A stretch of 64,000 bases of DNA from an uncultured Candidatus Saccharibacteria bacterium (GCA_964490365.1 CAZBAG010000002.1:73486-137485), one strand, 5' to 3'; shown: positions 36,734-46,618, numbered from the stretch's first letter. Numbers and translations are program-made. The notes: generated by a model not told the origin, from the letters alone.

Positions 36734-37453
36734 ATGTATCCAGAAATAATATACGAAGACGATTCTGTACTCGTGCTTAATAAGCCGGCCGGTTTGGTTG
36801 TTCATGGTGACGGAAAAACACAAGAAAAAACACTGTGCGATTGGGTACTCGAAGAATATCCAGACATGGAAAATGTAGGTGAGCCGATCGATACAGGTGA
36901 TGAAATAATTAAAAGACCAGGGATTGTGCACAGGCTTGACCGAGAAACATCGGGAGTGATTATTCTTGCTAAAACACAAGACTCTTTTGAATTTTTAAAA
37001 GAACAATTCCAAAACAGACATGTTGAAAAAATATATAGCGCAGTTGTGTGGGGGAATATCAAAAATGATAAAGGAATCATCGACGCACCGATCGGAAGAC
37101 ACGGAAAAGATTTTAGGCAGTGGAGTGCAACACGCGGGGCACGAGGGCAACTAAGAGAAGCTATTACTGAGTACACCGTTTTGTCTCGTTTCGAGGAAGA
37201 CGGAGAAAAATTTGTATTAGTAGAGGTTCGTCCCAAAACAGGAAGAACGCACCAAATACGAGTTCATATGAAATATCTTAATAATCCTCTTGTGGGAGAT
37301 ATGTTGTATGCTGAAAATAGGCCTTATGTTTTGGGCTTTGAAAGGGTGGCGCTTCATGCACGAAGTATGACTATTGAGATACCTGAAAAGGGTAAAAAGT
37401 CTTTTGAGGCACCCTATCCTGAAGATTTCATGGATTTGCTTGCTAAACTCTAA
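36734..37453 (+). CDS. RluA-family pseudouridine synthase
   Basis: Catalytic motif [16 protein letters not shown] and no S4 domain. 239 aa. Confidence 0.8.
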   Translation: MYPEIIYEDDSVLVLNKPAGLVVHGDGKTQEKTLCDWVLEEYPDMENVGEPIDTGDEIIKRPGIVHRLDRETSGVIILAKTQDSFEFLKEQFQNRHVEKIYSAVVWGNIKNDKGIIDAPIGRHGKDFRQWSATRGARGQLREAITEYTVLSRFEEDGEKFVLVEVRPKTGRTHQIRVHMKYLNNPLVGDMLYAENRPYVLGFERVALHARSMTIEIPEKGKKSFEAPYPEDFMDLLAKL

Positions 37454-37515
37454 TACTTGTGATAAAGTCTCTTTTGTTAATACGTCACCCAAATGTGGGT
37501 GATTTTAGAAAAAAC

Positions 37516-37950
37516 ATGACTACAGCAATTAAACTATCACCTATTGATATAGAATCACGAAAAAAACTCGACGTAAAAGCGGGTGACACTGTTCGTGTAT
37601 ATTCTAAAATCCAAGAAAAAGGAAAAACCCGAGTTCAGGCTTTTGAAGGATTAGTACTTGCTCGAAAGCACGGCACAGAACCAGGTGCAACAATTACCGT
37701 TCGAAAAATTTCAGAAGGTGTTGGTGTTGAAAGAATTTTCCCTCTGTACTCTCCAAATATTGAAACTATCGAAGTGGTGAAACGAGCAAAAGTAAAGCGA
37801 TCAAAGCTTTACTTCCTCCGAGAAAAGACAGCTAAAGAGATCCGAAGAAAACTAAAGGCATTTGGATTCATTGCAAAGACAGAAAAACTTGATATCAAAG
37901 CAGAAGATATGGAAGAGGAAAAAGTAGAAGCTCCAGTAGAAGAAAAATAA
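37516..37950 (+). CDS. rplS: 50S ribosomal protein L19 with acidic C-terminal extension
   Basis: [37 protein letters not shown] is typical of L19. The start was trimmed to MTTAIK. Confidence 0.8.
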   Translation: MTTAIKLSPIDIESRKKLDVKAGDTVRVYSKIQEKGKTRVQAFEGLVLARKHGTEPGATITVRKISEGVGVERIFPLYSPNIETIEVVKRAKVKRSKLYFLREKTAKEIRRKLKAFGFIAKTEKLDIKAEDMEEEKVEAPVEEK

Positions 37951-37954
37951 CATC

Positions 37955-37988
37955 AAAGCCGCGCCGAAAGGTGCGGCTTTGATTTTTT
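37955..37988 (+). terminator. terminator
   Basis: aaagccgcgccgaaaggtgcggcttt followed by a T run. Confidence 0.55.
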
Positions 37989-38015
37989 ATGTATTTTCTG
38001 TAATATCTCCTATAT

Positions 38016-38097
38016 GCCCAGGTGTTGAAACTGGTAGACAAGCTACCTTGAGGTGGTAGTGCTGTGAGGCGTGGAGGTTCGAGTCCTCTCCTGGGCA
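38016..38097 (+). tRNA. tRNA-Leu (anticodon GAG), long variable arm
   Basis: Acceptor gcccagg/cctgggc, anticodon stem ctacc/ggtag with loop ttgaggt, variable arm gctgtgaggcgt, T-arm ggaggttcgagtcctct. 82 nt. Confidence 0.8.
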
Positions 38098-38104
38098 CAA
38101 AAAA

Positions 38105-38136
38105 TATCCCGAATTTTTTCGGGTTTTATTTTTTGG
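38105..38136 (+). terminator. terminator after tRNA-Leu
   Basis: cccgaattttttcggg followed by a T run. Confidence 0.5.
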
Positions 38137-38219
38137 TGAGAGGACTCGAAGACCTTTTGAGCTTTTTTGTGAGTGAAACGAACACAAGAGCCAAAAGGTG
38201 TACTGCTCCTGTAAGGAGA

Positions 38220-38239
38220 GAGTCCTCTCCTGGGCACAA
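38220..38239 (+). repeat. 20-nt direct duplicate of the tRNA-Leu 3' end
   Basis: gagtcctctcctgggcacaa is identical to 38081-38100, the 3' end of tRNA-Leu plus 3 nt of trailer. An inverted T-arm-like fragment (gagaggactcgaagacc) lies between the two copies. Confidence 0.65.
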
Positions 38240-38316
38240 CATGAATTTGTAAATACTCCGCTTAGGAGTATTTTTGCTATACTAATATCTGTAGATAATT
38301 AATAGAGATAATTAAT

Positions 38317-39348
38317 ATGTTTCTTATTTTAGAAAAACTTTTTTTTAATTTTGGACCAATACTTTTCGGTGCTGCAGGATTCTTTCTTGCCTCATATGTG
38401 TACACCAAAAAACATAAACAAGAAAACCTTGTGTGTCCAATGAATGGAAGTTGTGACGAGGTTGTGAATAGTAGATATTCAAAATTTCTTGGTCTTCCAG
38501 TGGAAGTTCTCGGCATGATCTACTACGCGTTTATTGTTTTAGTGTACAGCGCTATGCACCTCTACCCTCATGTATTTAGTGATGTGGCTAAATTTTTTAT
38601 AACAGGGATAACTGTCGGTGCCTTTTTCTTTTCAGTGTATCTTGTAACTATTCAGGCATTTATATTAAAAAAATGGTGCACATGGTGTCTTTTTTCTGCA
38701 GGTTTCAGTACATTTATTTTTATAACCGCTATTTTCACTACAGACTTCTCACTCATTTCTTTACTTGCCGAATACCGTACTACGATTATCATTTTCCATG
38801 CACTGGCAGCCTTGGTAGGTGTCGGCACCGCAACAGTGACTGATGTTTTCTTCTTTAAATATTTGAAAGATTACAAAATATCAGAAAGTGAACAAAAAAC
38901 TATGGAAACGCTCTCGGGTGTTATTTGGATTGCGCTTGGTGTACTCGTCTTAACTGGTATTGGATTGTTTGTTCCAGAATCAGAGCGCCTTCTTGATTCA
39001 TCAAAATTCATAACAAAGTCGTTTGCTGTGTTTGTGCTTATTATTAATGGTGTGTTGCTCAACTTAAGTATTTCGCCACGAATGATGGAGATTACCTTTG
39101 GCGACAACTTTAGCCACCAAAGACATGATTTACATAGATTGCGAAAACTCGCCTTTGCTCTTGGTGCGATCTCTATTACATCGTGGTATACCGTTTTTGT
39201 CCTTGGTTCTCTTAAGTCAATTCCTTTGTCTATCCAACAAGCGCTTTGGGCATATCTCACATTGCTTGTTGTGGTAATTGTTGTCTCTCAAGTTTTTGAT
39301 CATGCCATGATTCAAAAAAGAAAAAGAGAACTATCACTTAATAAATAA
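38317..39348 (+). CDS. vitamin K epoxide reductase (VKOR) family membrane protein with extended C-terminal membrane domain
   Basis: Loop cysteines CPMNGSC, a CTWC (CxxC) at the start of a TM helix, and about 8 TM helices. 343 aa. Confidence 0.65.
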   Translation: MFLILEKLFFNFGPILFGAAGFFLASYVYTKKHKQENLVCPMNGSCDEVVNSRYSKFLGLPVEVLGMIYYAFIVLVYSAMHLYPHVFSDVAKFFITGITVGAFFFSVYLVTIQAFILKKWCTWCLFSAGFSTFIFITAIFTTDFSLISLLAEYRTTIIIFHALAALVGVGTATVTDVFFFKYLKDYKISESEQKTMETLSGVIWIALGVLVLTGIGLFVPESERLLDSSKFITKSFAVFVLIINGVLLNLSISPRMMEITFGDNFSHQRHDLHRLRKLAFALGAISITSWYTVFVLGSLKSIPLSIQQALWAYLTLLVVVIVVSQVFDHAMIQKRKRELSLNK

Positions 39349-39351
39349 TCT

Positions 39352-39768
39352 ATGAATTTTCGAGAATCATTCAATAACTTATTTCACTCTCGCAGTCCCG
39401 AGAATACAGCACAGCAAGCTGATGACTTAACAGACTACACCTTCCTTTTCTCTACTTTTGAGGAACGTCTTGAAAAAGTAAAACCTTCTTTGGTCGAATT
39501 AGCGACTTTGTTGAGTGATTTCAAAGCAACATTTTTTGAAACAGGAGTAGGGAAAGAATATCGCCATCTAACCGAAGAAAAAAACAGCCTTATGTTGTCA
39601 CTTGATACTTCAGATGAGACAACAATTAATATGGGAGCCATCAACATGATCGATCAAAAGATGATGGTCATTGAAAACTCGGATGAGTTTGTTGGTTACA
39701 AAGACATGGTAGAAAGGATGGAAAAAATCTTACATGACGGACAAGAAGAATTACCAAGAGTTGCTTAG
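39352..39768 (+). CDS. hypothetical protein
   Basis: 138-aa acidic soluble protein with no motif. Confidence 0.3.
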   Translation: MNFRESFNNLFHSRSPENTAQQADDLTDYTFLFSTFEERLEKVKPSLVELATLLSDFKATFFETGVGKEYRHLTEEKNSLMLSLDTSDETTINMGAINMIDQKMMVIENSDEFVGYKDMVERMEKILHDGQEELPRVA

Positions 39769-39829
39769 TGGATTTATTTTTACTATTTTGCTATAACAGA
39801 GGAGTTCTAGGACTCTAGGACAATAATAT

Positions 39830-39905
39830 GGTGGCTATGGTGTAACGGTTAACACTGAGGTTTGTGGAACCTTCGATCAGGGTTCGATTCCCTGTAGTCA
39901 CCCCA
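39830..39905 (+). tRNA. tRNA-His (anticodon GTG) with encoded G-1 and CCA
   Basis: g-gtggcta...anticodon loop ttgtgga...T-arm cagggttcgattccctg, acceptor tagtcac, C73, CCA. The extra 5' G pairs with C73, as in bacterial tRNA-His. Confidence 0.8.
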
Positions 39906-39964
39906 AATATATAAACTTCGAACAAGGTTTCATTGGACGTGCTTAAACTGCTATAATCTTAAAT

Positions 39965-40471
39965 ATGGCAAATTACGAAGCTAAAACTGAAGACAATAAG
40001 TGTATTTTTTGTGAAATTTCAAGCGGAAGGATGAAAACATCTGGTGTGTTTTGGGAAGACCAAGAATTTATGGCATTTCTTTCGATAGATCCAAATACAG
40101 AAGGTTTTTCTTGTGTCATTCCTAAAGAGCACTTTGGAAGTGATGTTTTAAAAATACCTGATGATGTTTTGCAAAGGTTTATCCTTGCATCTAAAAAAGT
40201 TGCAGAGGTTCTAGAGGGCTACTTTGAGAATGTTGGCAGAGTTGGGCTAATCATGGAAGGAACTGGAATAGACCACGCACATATTAAACTTGTACCAATG
40301 CACGGTACTGGCTATATGAAAAAAGGAGAATGGAGGCAAATACTTTCTGGTAAAGAATTTTGGTTTCCAGAATACGAAGGATGGATTTCTTCTGGAGGAG
40401 GACCGAAAGCCGAACCTGCATCCCTAGCCTCTCTTGCCGAAGCTCTTAAAAATTACCAAAAACATGAATAA
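39965..40471 (+). CDS. HIT-like (histidine triad) family protein
   Basis: N-terminal CIFCEI and a triad region GIDHAHIKLVP (variant HxHxK). 168 aa. Overlaps the next gene by 8 nt. Confidence 0.6.
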   Translation: MANYEAKTEDNKCIFCEISSGRMKTSGVFWEDQEFMAFLSIDPNTEGFSCVIPKEHFGSDVLKIPDDVLQRFILASKKVAEVLEGYFENVGRVGLIMEGTGIDHAHIKLVPMHGTGYMKKGEWRQILSGKEFWFPEYEGWISSGGGPKAEPASLASLAEALKNYQKHE

Positions 40472-40997
40472 AACAAATCTAGAACTAAAACACTTTTGCT
40501 CAGACTTTCATGAGGTAAGAAAAGTTCTAAAAACAATGGGTGCGAAGAAAGAAGTGGTAAAAAATCAAAAAGATTATTTCTTTGAATTGCCAAAAAGGAA
40601 AATAGGAAATCCTAGATTAAAACTTCGGATTGAGGGGAAGAAAGAAACTCTTATTTACTACGATCGTCCTGATTTTAAAAAAGGAAAAGAAACTAACGCA
40701 AAAATAAAGCTCTATGAGGTTAAAGACAAAGAGCTCTTGCCATTTCTTAAAGAATCTTTGGGTGTGAAAGCTATTGTTGAAAAGAAAAGGGAAGTATGGC
40801 GAAAAGATAATACGGTATTCCATTTAGATGATGTTAAAGGTGCGGGGAAGATTTTTGAAGTTGAACTTCAAAAGTTTGGAAAAATAAACCAGAAAGATAT
40901 TGATCTTTTTAAAGAATACCAAACACAGCTTTTACCGTATCTAGGTCAGGTAGTTCGTGGCTCAAATGTTGATTTGGTTAAAAAGTCAAAAATCTAA
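40464..40997 (+). CDS. CYTH domain protein (CyaB-like class IV adenylyl cyclase / triphosphatase fold)
   Basis: About 178 aa. N-terminal NLELKHF (variant of ExExK), alternating charged beta-strand pattern (RLKLRIEGKKETLIYY, EVELQKFG). Translationally coupled to the upstream HIT gene. Confidence 0.45.
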   Translation: MNKTNLELKHFCSDFHEVRKVLKTMGAKKEVVKNQKDYFFELPKRKIGNPRLKLRIEGKKETLIYYDRPDFKKGKETNAKIKLYEVKDKELLPFLKESLGVKAIVEKKREVWRKDNTVFHLDDVKGAGKIFEVELQKFGKINQKDIDLFKEYQTQLLPYLGQVVRGSNVDLVKKSKI

Positions 40998-41042
40998 ATA
41001 CAAAAGTCGAAGCTCAGAGATGGTTTGACCCCTAAAAAACAA

Positions 41043-41066
41043 AAAGACCCATATGGGTCTTTTTGT
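41043..41066 (+). terminator. terminator
   Basis: aaaaagacccatatgggtcttttt. Confidence 0.6.
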
Positions 41067-41085
41067 TTGATATAATTAATACACT

Positions 41086-41526
41086 ATGAGTATAGAAAAA
41101 GTAGATTCTCGTCTTATTCATTTTTTTCGAAAAATATTTATCCCTTCAGCTCGAATAGGTTTGTTTATTGTGTTTTTTTGGTTTGGGTTTTTGAAAGTGC
41201 TTGGCCTATCTCCTGCAAGTGGTGTTGTCCAAAGGCTTTTCGAAAACACTGTTCCTTTTATGGATTTCTCTGTTTTTCTAGTTTTGTTTGGTCTCTTTGA
41301 GTGCTTGATCGGAGCGCTATTTCTTATCAAAGGTTTGGAGCGGTTAGTTATTCCTCTTCTTTTTATACATATGATCACCACGTTTGGACCACTCATTCTT
41401 TTACCAGAAGAAACGTGGCAACAATTTATGGTGCCAACCCTTGAAGGACAATATATTATTAAAAATGTTGTACTTATTGCTGCGGCTATCGGTATTGCAG
41501 CGCACCTTCATCCTATTAAAAGATAA
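41086..41526 (+). CDS. hypothetical 4-TM membrane protein
   Basis: Hydrophobic helices throughout. Confidence 0.4.
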   Translation: MSIEKVDSRLIHFFRKIFIPSARIGLFIVFFWFGFLKVLGLSPASGVVQRLFENTVPFMDFSVFLVLFGLFECLIGALFLIKGLERLVIPLLFIHMITTFGPLILLPEETWQQFMVPTLEGQYIIKNVVLIAAAIGIAAHLHPIKR

Positions 41527-41529
41527 ACT

Positions 41530-42015
41530 ATGATTGATGAATTACACAAAACAGTTGATGAGCTCGAGCGTGACGGCAAGCTCGATAAACGACTCAAGAG
41601 AAGGCTCTATTTTTTCAAGGTTCTTTCATTCCTTTTTGGGTTGATTACTGTCTACGATATTTTATTCGAAGGATTCTACTGGTTCCATGTCTTTCTAGCG
41701 GTAGCATTTTCATTCCTTTTCGGATTCTTTCTTTTGGCGAAAATAAATGAAGTTTCTTGGGATAAGAAAAAACAGAGAATGGTTATTCTAAAGATGGATA
41801 TTTGGGGTATTGTTATTCTAGTGTTGTATATTAGTGCTCGAATCCTTTCAGATGCCTATCTCCATGATTTTTTTGACGGCAATGTTTCAAAAGTTCTGGC
41901 ATACACGTTCTTTACTGCCTTTGGTGTAACTTTAGGAAGATTCGTAGGGTCTCTTGCGTCTATTTATATGGCACAACCGAGAAAAAGTTTCCGGTTTTCT
42001 CGAAAAAATAAATAA
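41530..42015 (+). CDS. hypothetical membrane protein
   Basis: Four predicted TM helices. Starts 4 nt after the previous stop. Confidence 0.4.
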   Translation: MIDELHKTVDELERDGKLDKRLKRRLYFFKVLSFLFGLITVYDILFEGFYWFHVFLAVAFSFLFGFFLLAKINEVSWDKKKQRMVILKMDIWGIVILVLYISARILSDAYLHDFFDGNVSKVLAYTFFTAFGVTLGRFVGSLASIYMAQPRKSFRFSRKNK

Positions 42016-42053
42016 GGTATACTGAAATTATTACCAATAATTTTTTTAATTCC

Positions 42054-42794
42054 ATGTATACAAAACTATCTGACAGACCTTTCTTTTATCCAGCACTTAT
42101 TATTGGCGCATGTCTTGTGCTCGCAGCACTTGTTGCAGGTTTCTTTGTTTCCGGTATTAAAAATTCTGGTGATACCATTACTTCAACAGGTTCTGCAAAA
42201 GTTCGAGTAACATCAGATTCGGCAAAGTTTACGGGATCTGTAGTGAGAACTTCGTCAGAATATGACTTAAAAGGTGGTTACACGGCTGTGGCGTCTGATA
42301 TAAAAATCATTGAAGAATTTCTTAAGGAAAAAGGCTTAACATCTGAAGACTATGCGATTCAGCCAGTAGCTGTGAACGAGGTGTATCAATACGGTGAGGG
42401 TGCTCAAAATCTTCCAAAAAAATATGAATTCCGACAAACAATTTCAATCGATTCAAATGAAATTGAAAAAGTTGAAAATGTTGCAAACTCTATTTCATCA
42501 CTCGTGAATAAAAATGTACTCTTCCAAAGTTACGGTATTCAATACCTTTACAGTGGGCTTGCAGAAAAACGAGTTGAGCTTCTCGGGGGAGCGATACAAG
42601 ATGCAAAAGCACGAGCTCATGAAATTGCAAAAAGTTCTGGTTCCAGTATTGGAAAGCTTCAGTCTTCAACAGGTGGTGTGGTACAAGTACTTTCTCCAAA
42701 CTCTATTGATGTTTCCGACTATGGTTCATACGACACATCTACAAAAGAGAAAGATATTTCAGTTACAGTACGAGCAACATTTAAGCTAAACTAA
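42054..42794 (+). CDS. membrane-anchored SIMPL/DUF541-like protein
   Basis: N-terminal TM anchor. Sequence pattern is similar to the SIMPL-domain protein at 59743. Confidence 0.4.
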   Translation: MYTKLSDRPFFYPALIIGACLVLAALVAGFFVSGIKNSGDTITSTGSAKVRVTSDSAKFTGSVVRTSSEYDLKGGYTAVASDIKIIEEFLKEKGLTSEDYAIQPVAVNEVYQYGEGAQNLPKKYEFRQTISIDSNEIEKVENVANSISSLVNKNVLFQSYGIQYLYSGLAEKRVELLGGAIQDAKARAHEIAKSSGSSIGKLQSSTGGVVQVLSPNSIDVSDYGSYDTSTKEKDISVTVRATFKLN

Positions 42795-42796
42795 GG

Positions 42797-42835
42797 AAAA
42801 AAGAGACGGGCACGCTTCGCGTGCCCGTCTCTTTT
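42797..42835 (+). terminator. terminator
   Basis: aaaaaagagacgggcacgcttcgcgtgcccgtctctttt. Confidence 0.6.
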
Positions 42836-42855
42836 CATTTTGGTATAATCAGGTT

Positions 42856-43620
42856 ATGAATACTATGAAGACCATTCTCTTAATACTCATGCTTGTGCTA
42901 GCCCTCTATTTAGGTGTATTTCGAGAGCGAAAATCTGTTGTTGTTGAAAATCCAAAAATTTGGATAGATGAAGAAGTTGTTACTCCTGAAACAGTTACAA
43001 AGCTTATGCTGTGGGAAAATGAAGAAACAGATTTGTATAAAATCACCTACAAACTTTCTGATATTTCGGAAGAACGTCCAAAAGAAGATATAGCACGTTG
43101 GGTTTCTGACAGAGTGTTGCAATTTAAAACAGAAGCAGGTTTTGAAACAATGACCGCAGAAGACAAAGAAACACTTGGTTTTAATCGTGGTATGAAATAT
43201 ACGCTTGATTTTTCATATAAGATTAAAGAATCCAAAACAATAAAAACATATGTTGTTTCGTCAGCCGTATTTACAGGTGGTGCACATGGAAATTTAGAAG
43301 TACTCACCTTTAACTACGAAAAAGAATCAGGAAAACGAATTTCCTTAAGTGATGTATTTGTGAAAAGTCCTGCAGAGTATTTGCCAGTACTCGCGGCTCT
43401 TGGTGATAAATTTTTAGAGGCAAAATATAAAGATGTTGCGTTTCATGAAGGTTTGAAGCCAGAGCCAGTTAATTGGGCAACATGGTATACGACCGACACA
43501 TCTCTTGTGTTTATTTTCCAAACATATCAAGTTGTGCCATATGCGTACGGGACTCCAGAGTTTGAAGTAGTTGCAGAAGGTGTTAAAGATTTCATTAACT
43601 CAAAATATTTTGTTGAATAG
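42856..43620 (+). CDS. DUF3298/DUF4163 (RsiV/PdaC N-terminal-like) domain protein, membrane anchored
   Basis: Signal anchor and the FTGGAHGN motif characteristic of DUF3298. Confidence 0.5.
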   Translation: MNTMKTILLILMLVLALYLGVFRERKSVVVENPKIWIDEEVVTPETVTKLMLWENEETDLYKITYKLSDISEERPKEDIARWVSDRVLQFKTEAGFETMTAEDKETLGFNRGMKYTLDFSYKIKESKTIKTYVVSSAVFTGGAHGNLEVLTFNYEKESGKRISLSDVFVKSPAEYLPVLAALGDKFLEAKYKDVAFHEGLKPEPVNWATWYTTDTSLVFIFQTYQVVPYAYGTPEFEVVAEGVKDFINSKYFVE

Positions 43621-43622
43621 CA

Positions 43623-45398
43623 ATGGAAGATACAAATAAAAAAAGTACGGTTAAATATTCTCGCATCTTTTACTATTTTTGGAGAGAGACAAAAGGTTAT
43701 AGATTACCTGTATTTATTTCCGTGCTTGCTGTTGCGGTAGGGACACTCTTAGCAAATGTTATTGAGCCAAAAATATATCAAAAAATAGTAGACGTTGTTT
43801 CGTCTAGTTCGTATCCAGCATGGACAAAAGAGTTAACCTCTTCCTTTTTCTTATTGTTTTTTGTTTTAGTGGGCGGTTTCATTTTTTGGAGAATAAACGA
43901 ATTTCTTCAATCTTACGTACAAAGTAAAATAATAAAAAAACTAACAGATCTAACGTATAAAAGCATACTAGCCCACTCAAGAAGATTTTTTTCAAATAGT
44001 TTTTCAGGAGGACTCATTGCAAAATCAGGAAGATTTATTGGTGCTTTTGAATCGTTGTATGACATTATTGTCTGGAATTTTTTTGCTTCAATTCTGGGTT
44101 TTATCGGTATTATTTTTGTAATATCAAAAGAGGACACAACTCTCGCACTCATATTCATAGCTTGGTTCTTTATTTTTTTAATAATCTCTTATTTTTTTGC
44201 AAAATATAAAATGCCATTTGATGAAGATAGGGCAAAAGCAAGCACTGAAGTAAGGAGTTGGTTCTCAGACGGTGTGACAAACATCTTAAGTGTAAAAATA
44301 TTCTCAGCCTTCGCAAGTGAGGTTTTAAATTTTAAAAGGAAAACAAAAGAAGAAGAAATAAAAAGAACTAAATCTTGGTTTATAACAAATACTCAGAACT
44401 TAGTTCAAGCCTTTTTGATTATGATCCTAGAAGTCGTAGGGCTGTATATTGCAATTCGACTGTGGTCAAAAGGATTAGTTTCTGTTGGTTTTATTATTCT
44501 GGTTCAAATCTATATGGCAAGAATCTTTCATTTTATTGGTGGAATAGGATATTCCATGAGAAGGTTCGCTGGTTCGCTTTCTGATGCTAAAGAAATGGTA
44601 GAAATATTAGATCAAGAAATCGATATAAAAGATCCTGAAAATCCTGAAACATGTTTAATTAAAAAAGGAGACATTACTTTCGAAGATGTTTCATTTGAAT
44701 ATAAAGACGGCAAAGATGTGTTTAAAAAATTAAACCTCCATATTCCAAGTGGACAAAAAGTTGGTATTGTTGGACATTCTGGCTCTGGTAAAACCACTAT
44801 CACCAACCTACTTTTACGCTTCGAAGATGTTTCAGGCGGCGTCATTAAAATTGATACTCAAGATATTAGAAACATAACTCAAGATGATTTGCGACGAAAT
44901 ATTTCATACGTTCCACAAGAACCTGTTCTGTTCCATAGAACGCTCAGAGAAAATATTGCCTACGGAAATCTAAGTGCAAGTACTAAAGAAATCGAAATTG
45001 CGTCAAAGAAAGCTCATGCTGAAGAGTTTATTAAAGACTTAAAAGATGGTTACGAGACCGTGGTTGGGGAGCGAGGAGTGAAGCTTTCTGGTGGACAACG
45101 TCAACGAATTTCTATTGCTCGTGTTATGCTCGAACATTCCCCAATTCTTATTTTAGATGAAGCAACATCTTCGCTTGACTCAATTAGTGAAAATCTTATC
45201 CAAAAAGCATTCGATGAGGCTATGAAGAACAGAACGACAGTAGTGATTGCTCATCGACTTTCTACCATTAAAAAGATGGATAGAATTATTGTTCTCGACA
45301 AAGGTGAAATCGTTGAAGATGGAACACACGATGACTTACTTCTTAAGAAGGGATACTACTTTAAACTTTGGCAGGCACAAAAAGATGGAGTGATATAA
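43623..45398 (+). CDS. ABC transporter permease/ATPase fusion (MsbA-like exporter)
   Basis: Six-TM domain followed by Walker A GHSGSGKTT, signature LSGGQRQRISIAR, Walker B ILILDEATS, and an H loop. Confidence 0.85.
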   Translation: MEDTNKKSTVKYSRIFYYFWRETKGYRLPVFISVLAVAVGTLLANVIEPKIYQKIVDVVSSSSYPAWTKELTSSFFLLFFVLVGGFIFWRINEFLQSYVQSKIIKKLTDLTYKSILAHSRRFFSNSFSGGLIAKSGRFIGAFESLYDIIVWNFFASILGFIGIIFVISKEDTTLALIFIAWFFIFLIISYFFAKYKMPFDEDRAKASTEVRSWFSDGVTNILSVKIFSAFASEVLNFKRKTKEEEIKRTKSWFITNTQNLVQAFLIMILEVVGLYIAIRLWSKGLVSVGFIILVQIYMARIFHFIGGIGYSMRRFAGSLSDAKEMVEILDQEIDIKDPENPETCLIKKGDITFEDVSFEYKDGKDVFKKLNLHIPSGQKVGIVGHSGSGKTTITNLLLRFEDVSGGVIKIDTQDIRNITQDDLRRNISYVPQEPVLFHRTLRENIAYGNLSASTKEIEIASKKAHAEEFIKDLKDGYETVVGERGVKLSGGQRQRISIARVMLEHSPILILDEATSSLDSISENLIQKAFDEAMKNRTTVVIAHRLSTIKKMDRIIVLDKGEIVEDGTHDDLLLKKGYYFKLWQAQKDGVI

Positions 45399-45464
45399 AG
45401 TATCACGAAGAGATTTTTTCACTTTCCCACACACAAAAATAATATTCTGCTGTAGAATACAAGT

Positions 45465-46118
45465 ATGAATAAAGAAGTATCACGTCTTGATATTTTAGCT
45501 GACGGTATTTTTGCTATCGTCATGACCATACTTGTTTTTGAAATCAAAGTTCCAGAAATTGTGAATCCAACCAATGAAGTTATTTTTGAGTTACTGAAGC
45601 ACTCATATCCACTCTTTTTATCGTATATTCTTTCCTTTGCAGTGCTGTTTACGTATTGGCGAGGATACCACTCTATCGTCTCTGATTTTGCAAAAAGTTT
45701 TGATGTAAATTTCCAAAATATTGCTGGCGCATTTCTTTTGTTTGTGGGACTTATTCCATTTTCTTCGCACCTTCTTGGGGTCTACAGCCACTTGCCTGCA
45801 TCAGTAATTGTGTTTTCACTCAACGTGATTATTATCGGAGCACTTCTCTTTTGTATGCGACTCTATGCGTGGAAGTCTCATAGTATTAAAAACAAACGAA
45901 TAACAAAGACAGAACAGGTTCATTCTCACATTAGAATCTTTATTCCTATTGTTTTTTCCGTGTTTGCGATACTCGTAGCTTTTATTAATACTGATATTGC
46001 ACTTACTATTCTTACTATTGCGATTATATTTAACCTTCTGAAGCGAAGTACGAGGATTATTTGCGAGTTTTTAGAAATTGAACATTCAAATGGAAAAATT
46101 ACTACCACTAAAAAGTAA
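45465..46118 (+). CDS. DUF1211/TMEM175-family membrane protein (putative K+ channel)
   Basis: RLDILADGIFAIVMTILVFEIKVP matches the TMEM175 signature RxxxFSDGVFAIAITLLVLE. Confidence 0.6.
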   Translation: MNKEVSRLDILADGIFAIVMTILVFEIKVPEIVNPTNEVIFELLKHSYPLFLSYILSFAVLFTYWRGYHSIVSDFAKSFDVNFQNIAGAFLLFVGLIPFSSHLLGVYSHLPASVIVFSLNVIIIGALLFCMRLYAWKSHSIKNKRITKTEQVHSHIRIFIPIVFSVFAILVAFINTDIALTILTIAIIFNLLKRSTRIICEFLEIEHSNGKITTTKK

Positions 46119-46563
46119 AGCACCTGATTTTACGTTGCAAGATCAAGATGGAAATAAACACTCACTTTCTGATTATCTTGGAAGTTTTGTCCTTATTTAT
46201 TTTTATCCAAAGGATGACACACCCGGGTGCACCAAAGAAGCATGTATGCTCCGAGATGATTTCCCAAATTTTAAGAAACTAGAAGCAAAAGTGCTTGGTA
46301 TTAGCGCTGATTCGGTTAAAAGTCATAAAAAATTCGCAGAAAAATACCAGTTGCCATTTACGTTACTCTCTGATGAAGAGAAAACAGTGATACGTGCATA
46401 TGGCGCGCTTGGTGAGAAAAGTATGTTTGGCAAAAAATTCTTAGGTATTCACAGAGTTTCATATTTGATCGATAAGAAAGGGAATATTGTAAAAGTATAT
46501 GACAACGTAAAGCCTGAAACTCATGCGGAAGAGGTGTTGGTTGACCTACAATCACTCGCATAA
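46090..46563 (+). CDS. bcp: peroxiredoxin Bcp (thiol peroxidase, AhpC/TSA family)
   Basis: FYPKDDTPGCTKEAC peroxidatic-cysteine motif. The start was trimmed to MEKLLP. Confidence 0.8.
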   Translation: MEKLLPLKSKAPDFTLQDQDGNKHSLSDYLGSFVLIYFYPKDDTPGCTKEACMLRDDFPNFKKLEAKVLGISADSVKSHKKFAEKYQLPFTLLSDEEKTVIRAYGALGEKSMFGKKFLGIHRVSYLIDKKGNIVKVYDNVKPETHAEEVLVDLQSLA

Positions 46564-46618
46564 TAAAGTAAAACCTTCTGTCGTGGAAGGTTTTTTCTTT
46601 GCGTGATACTATTGAATT

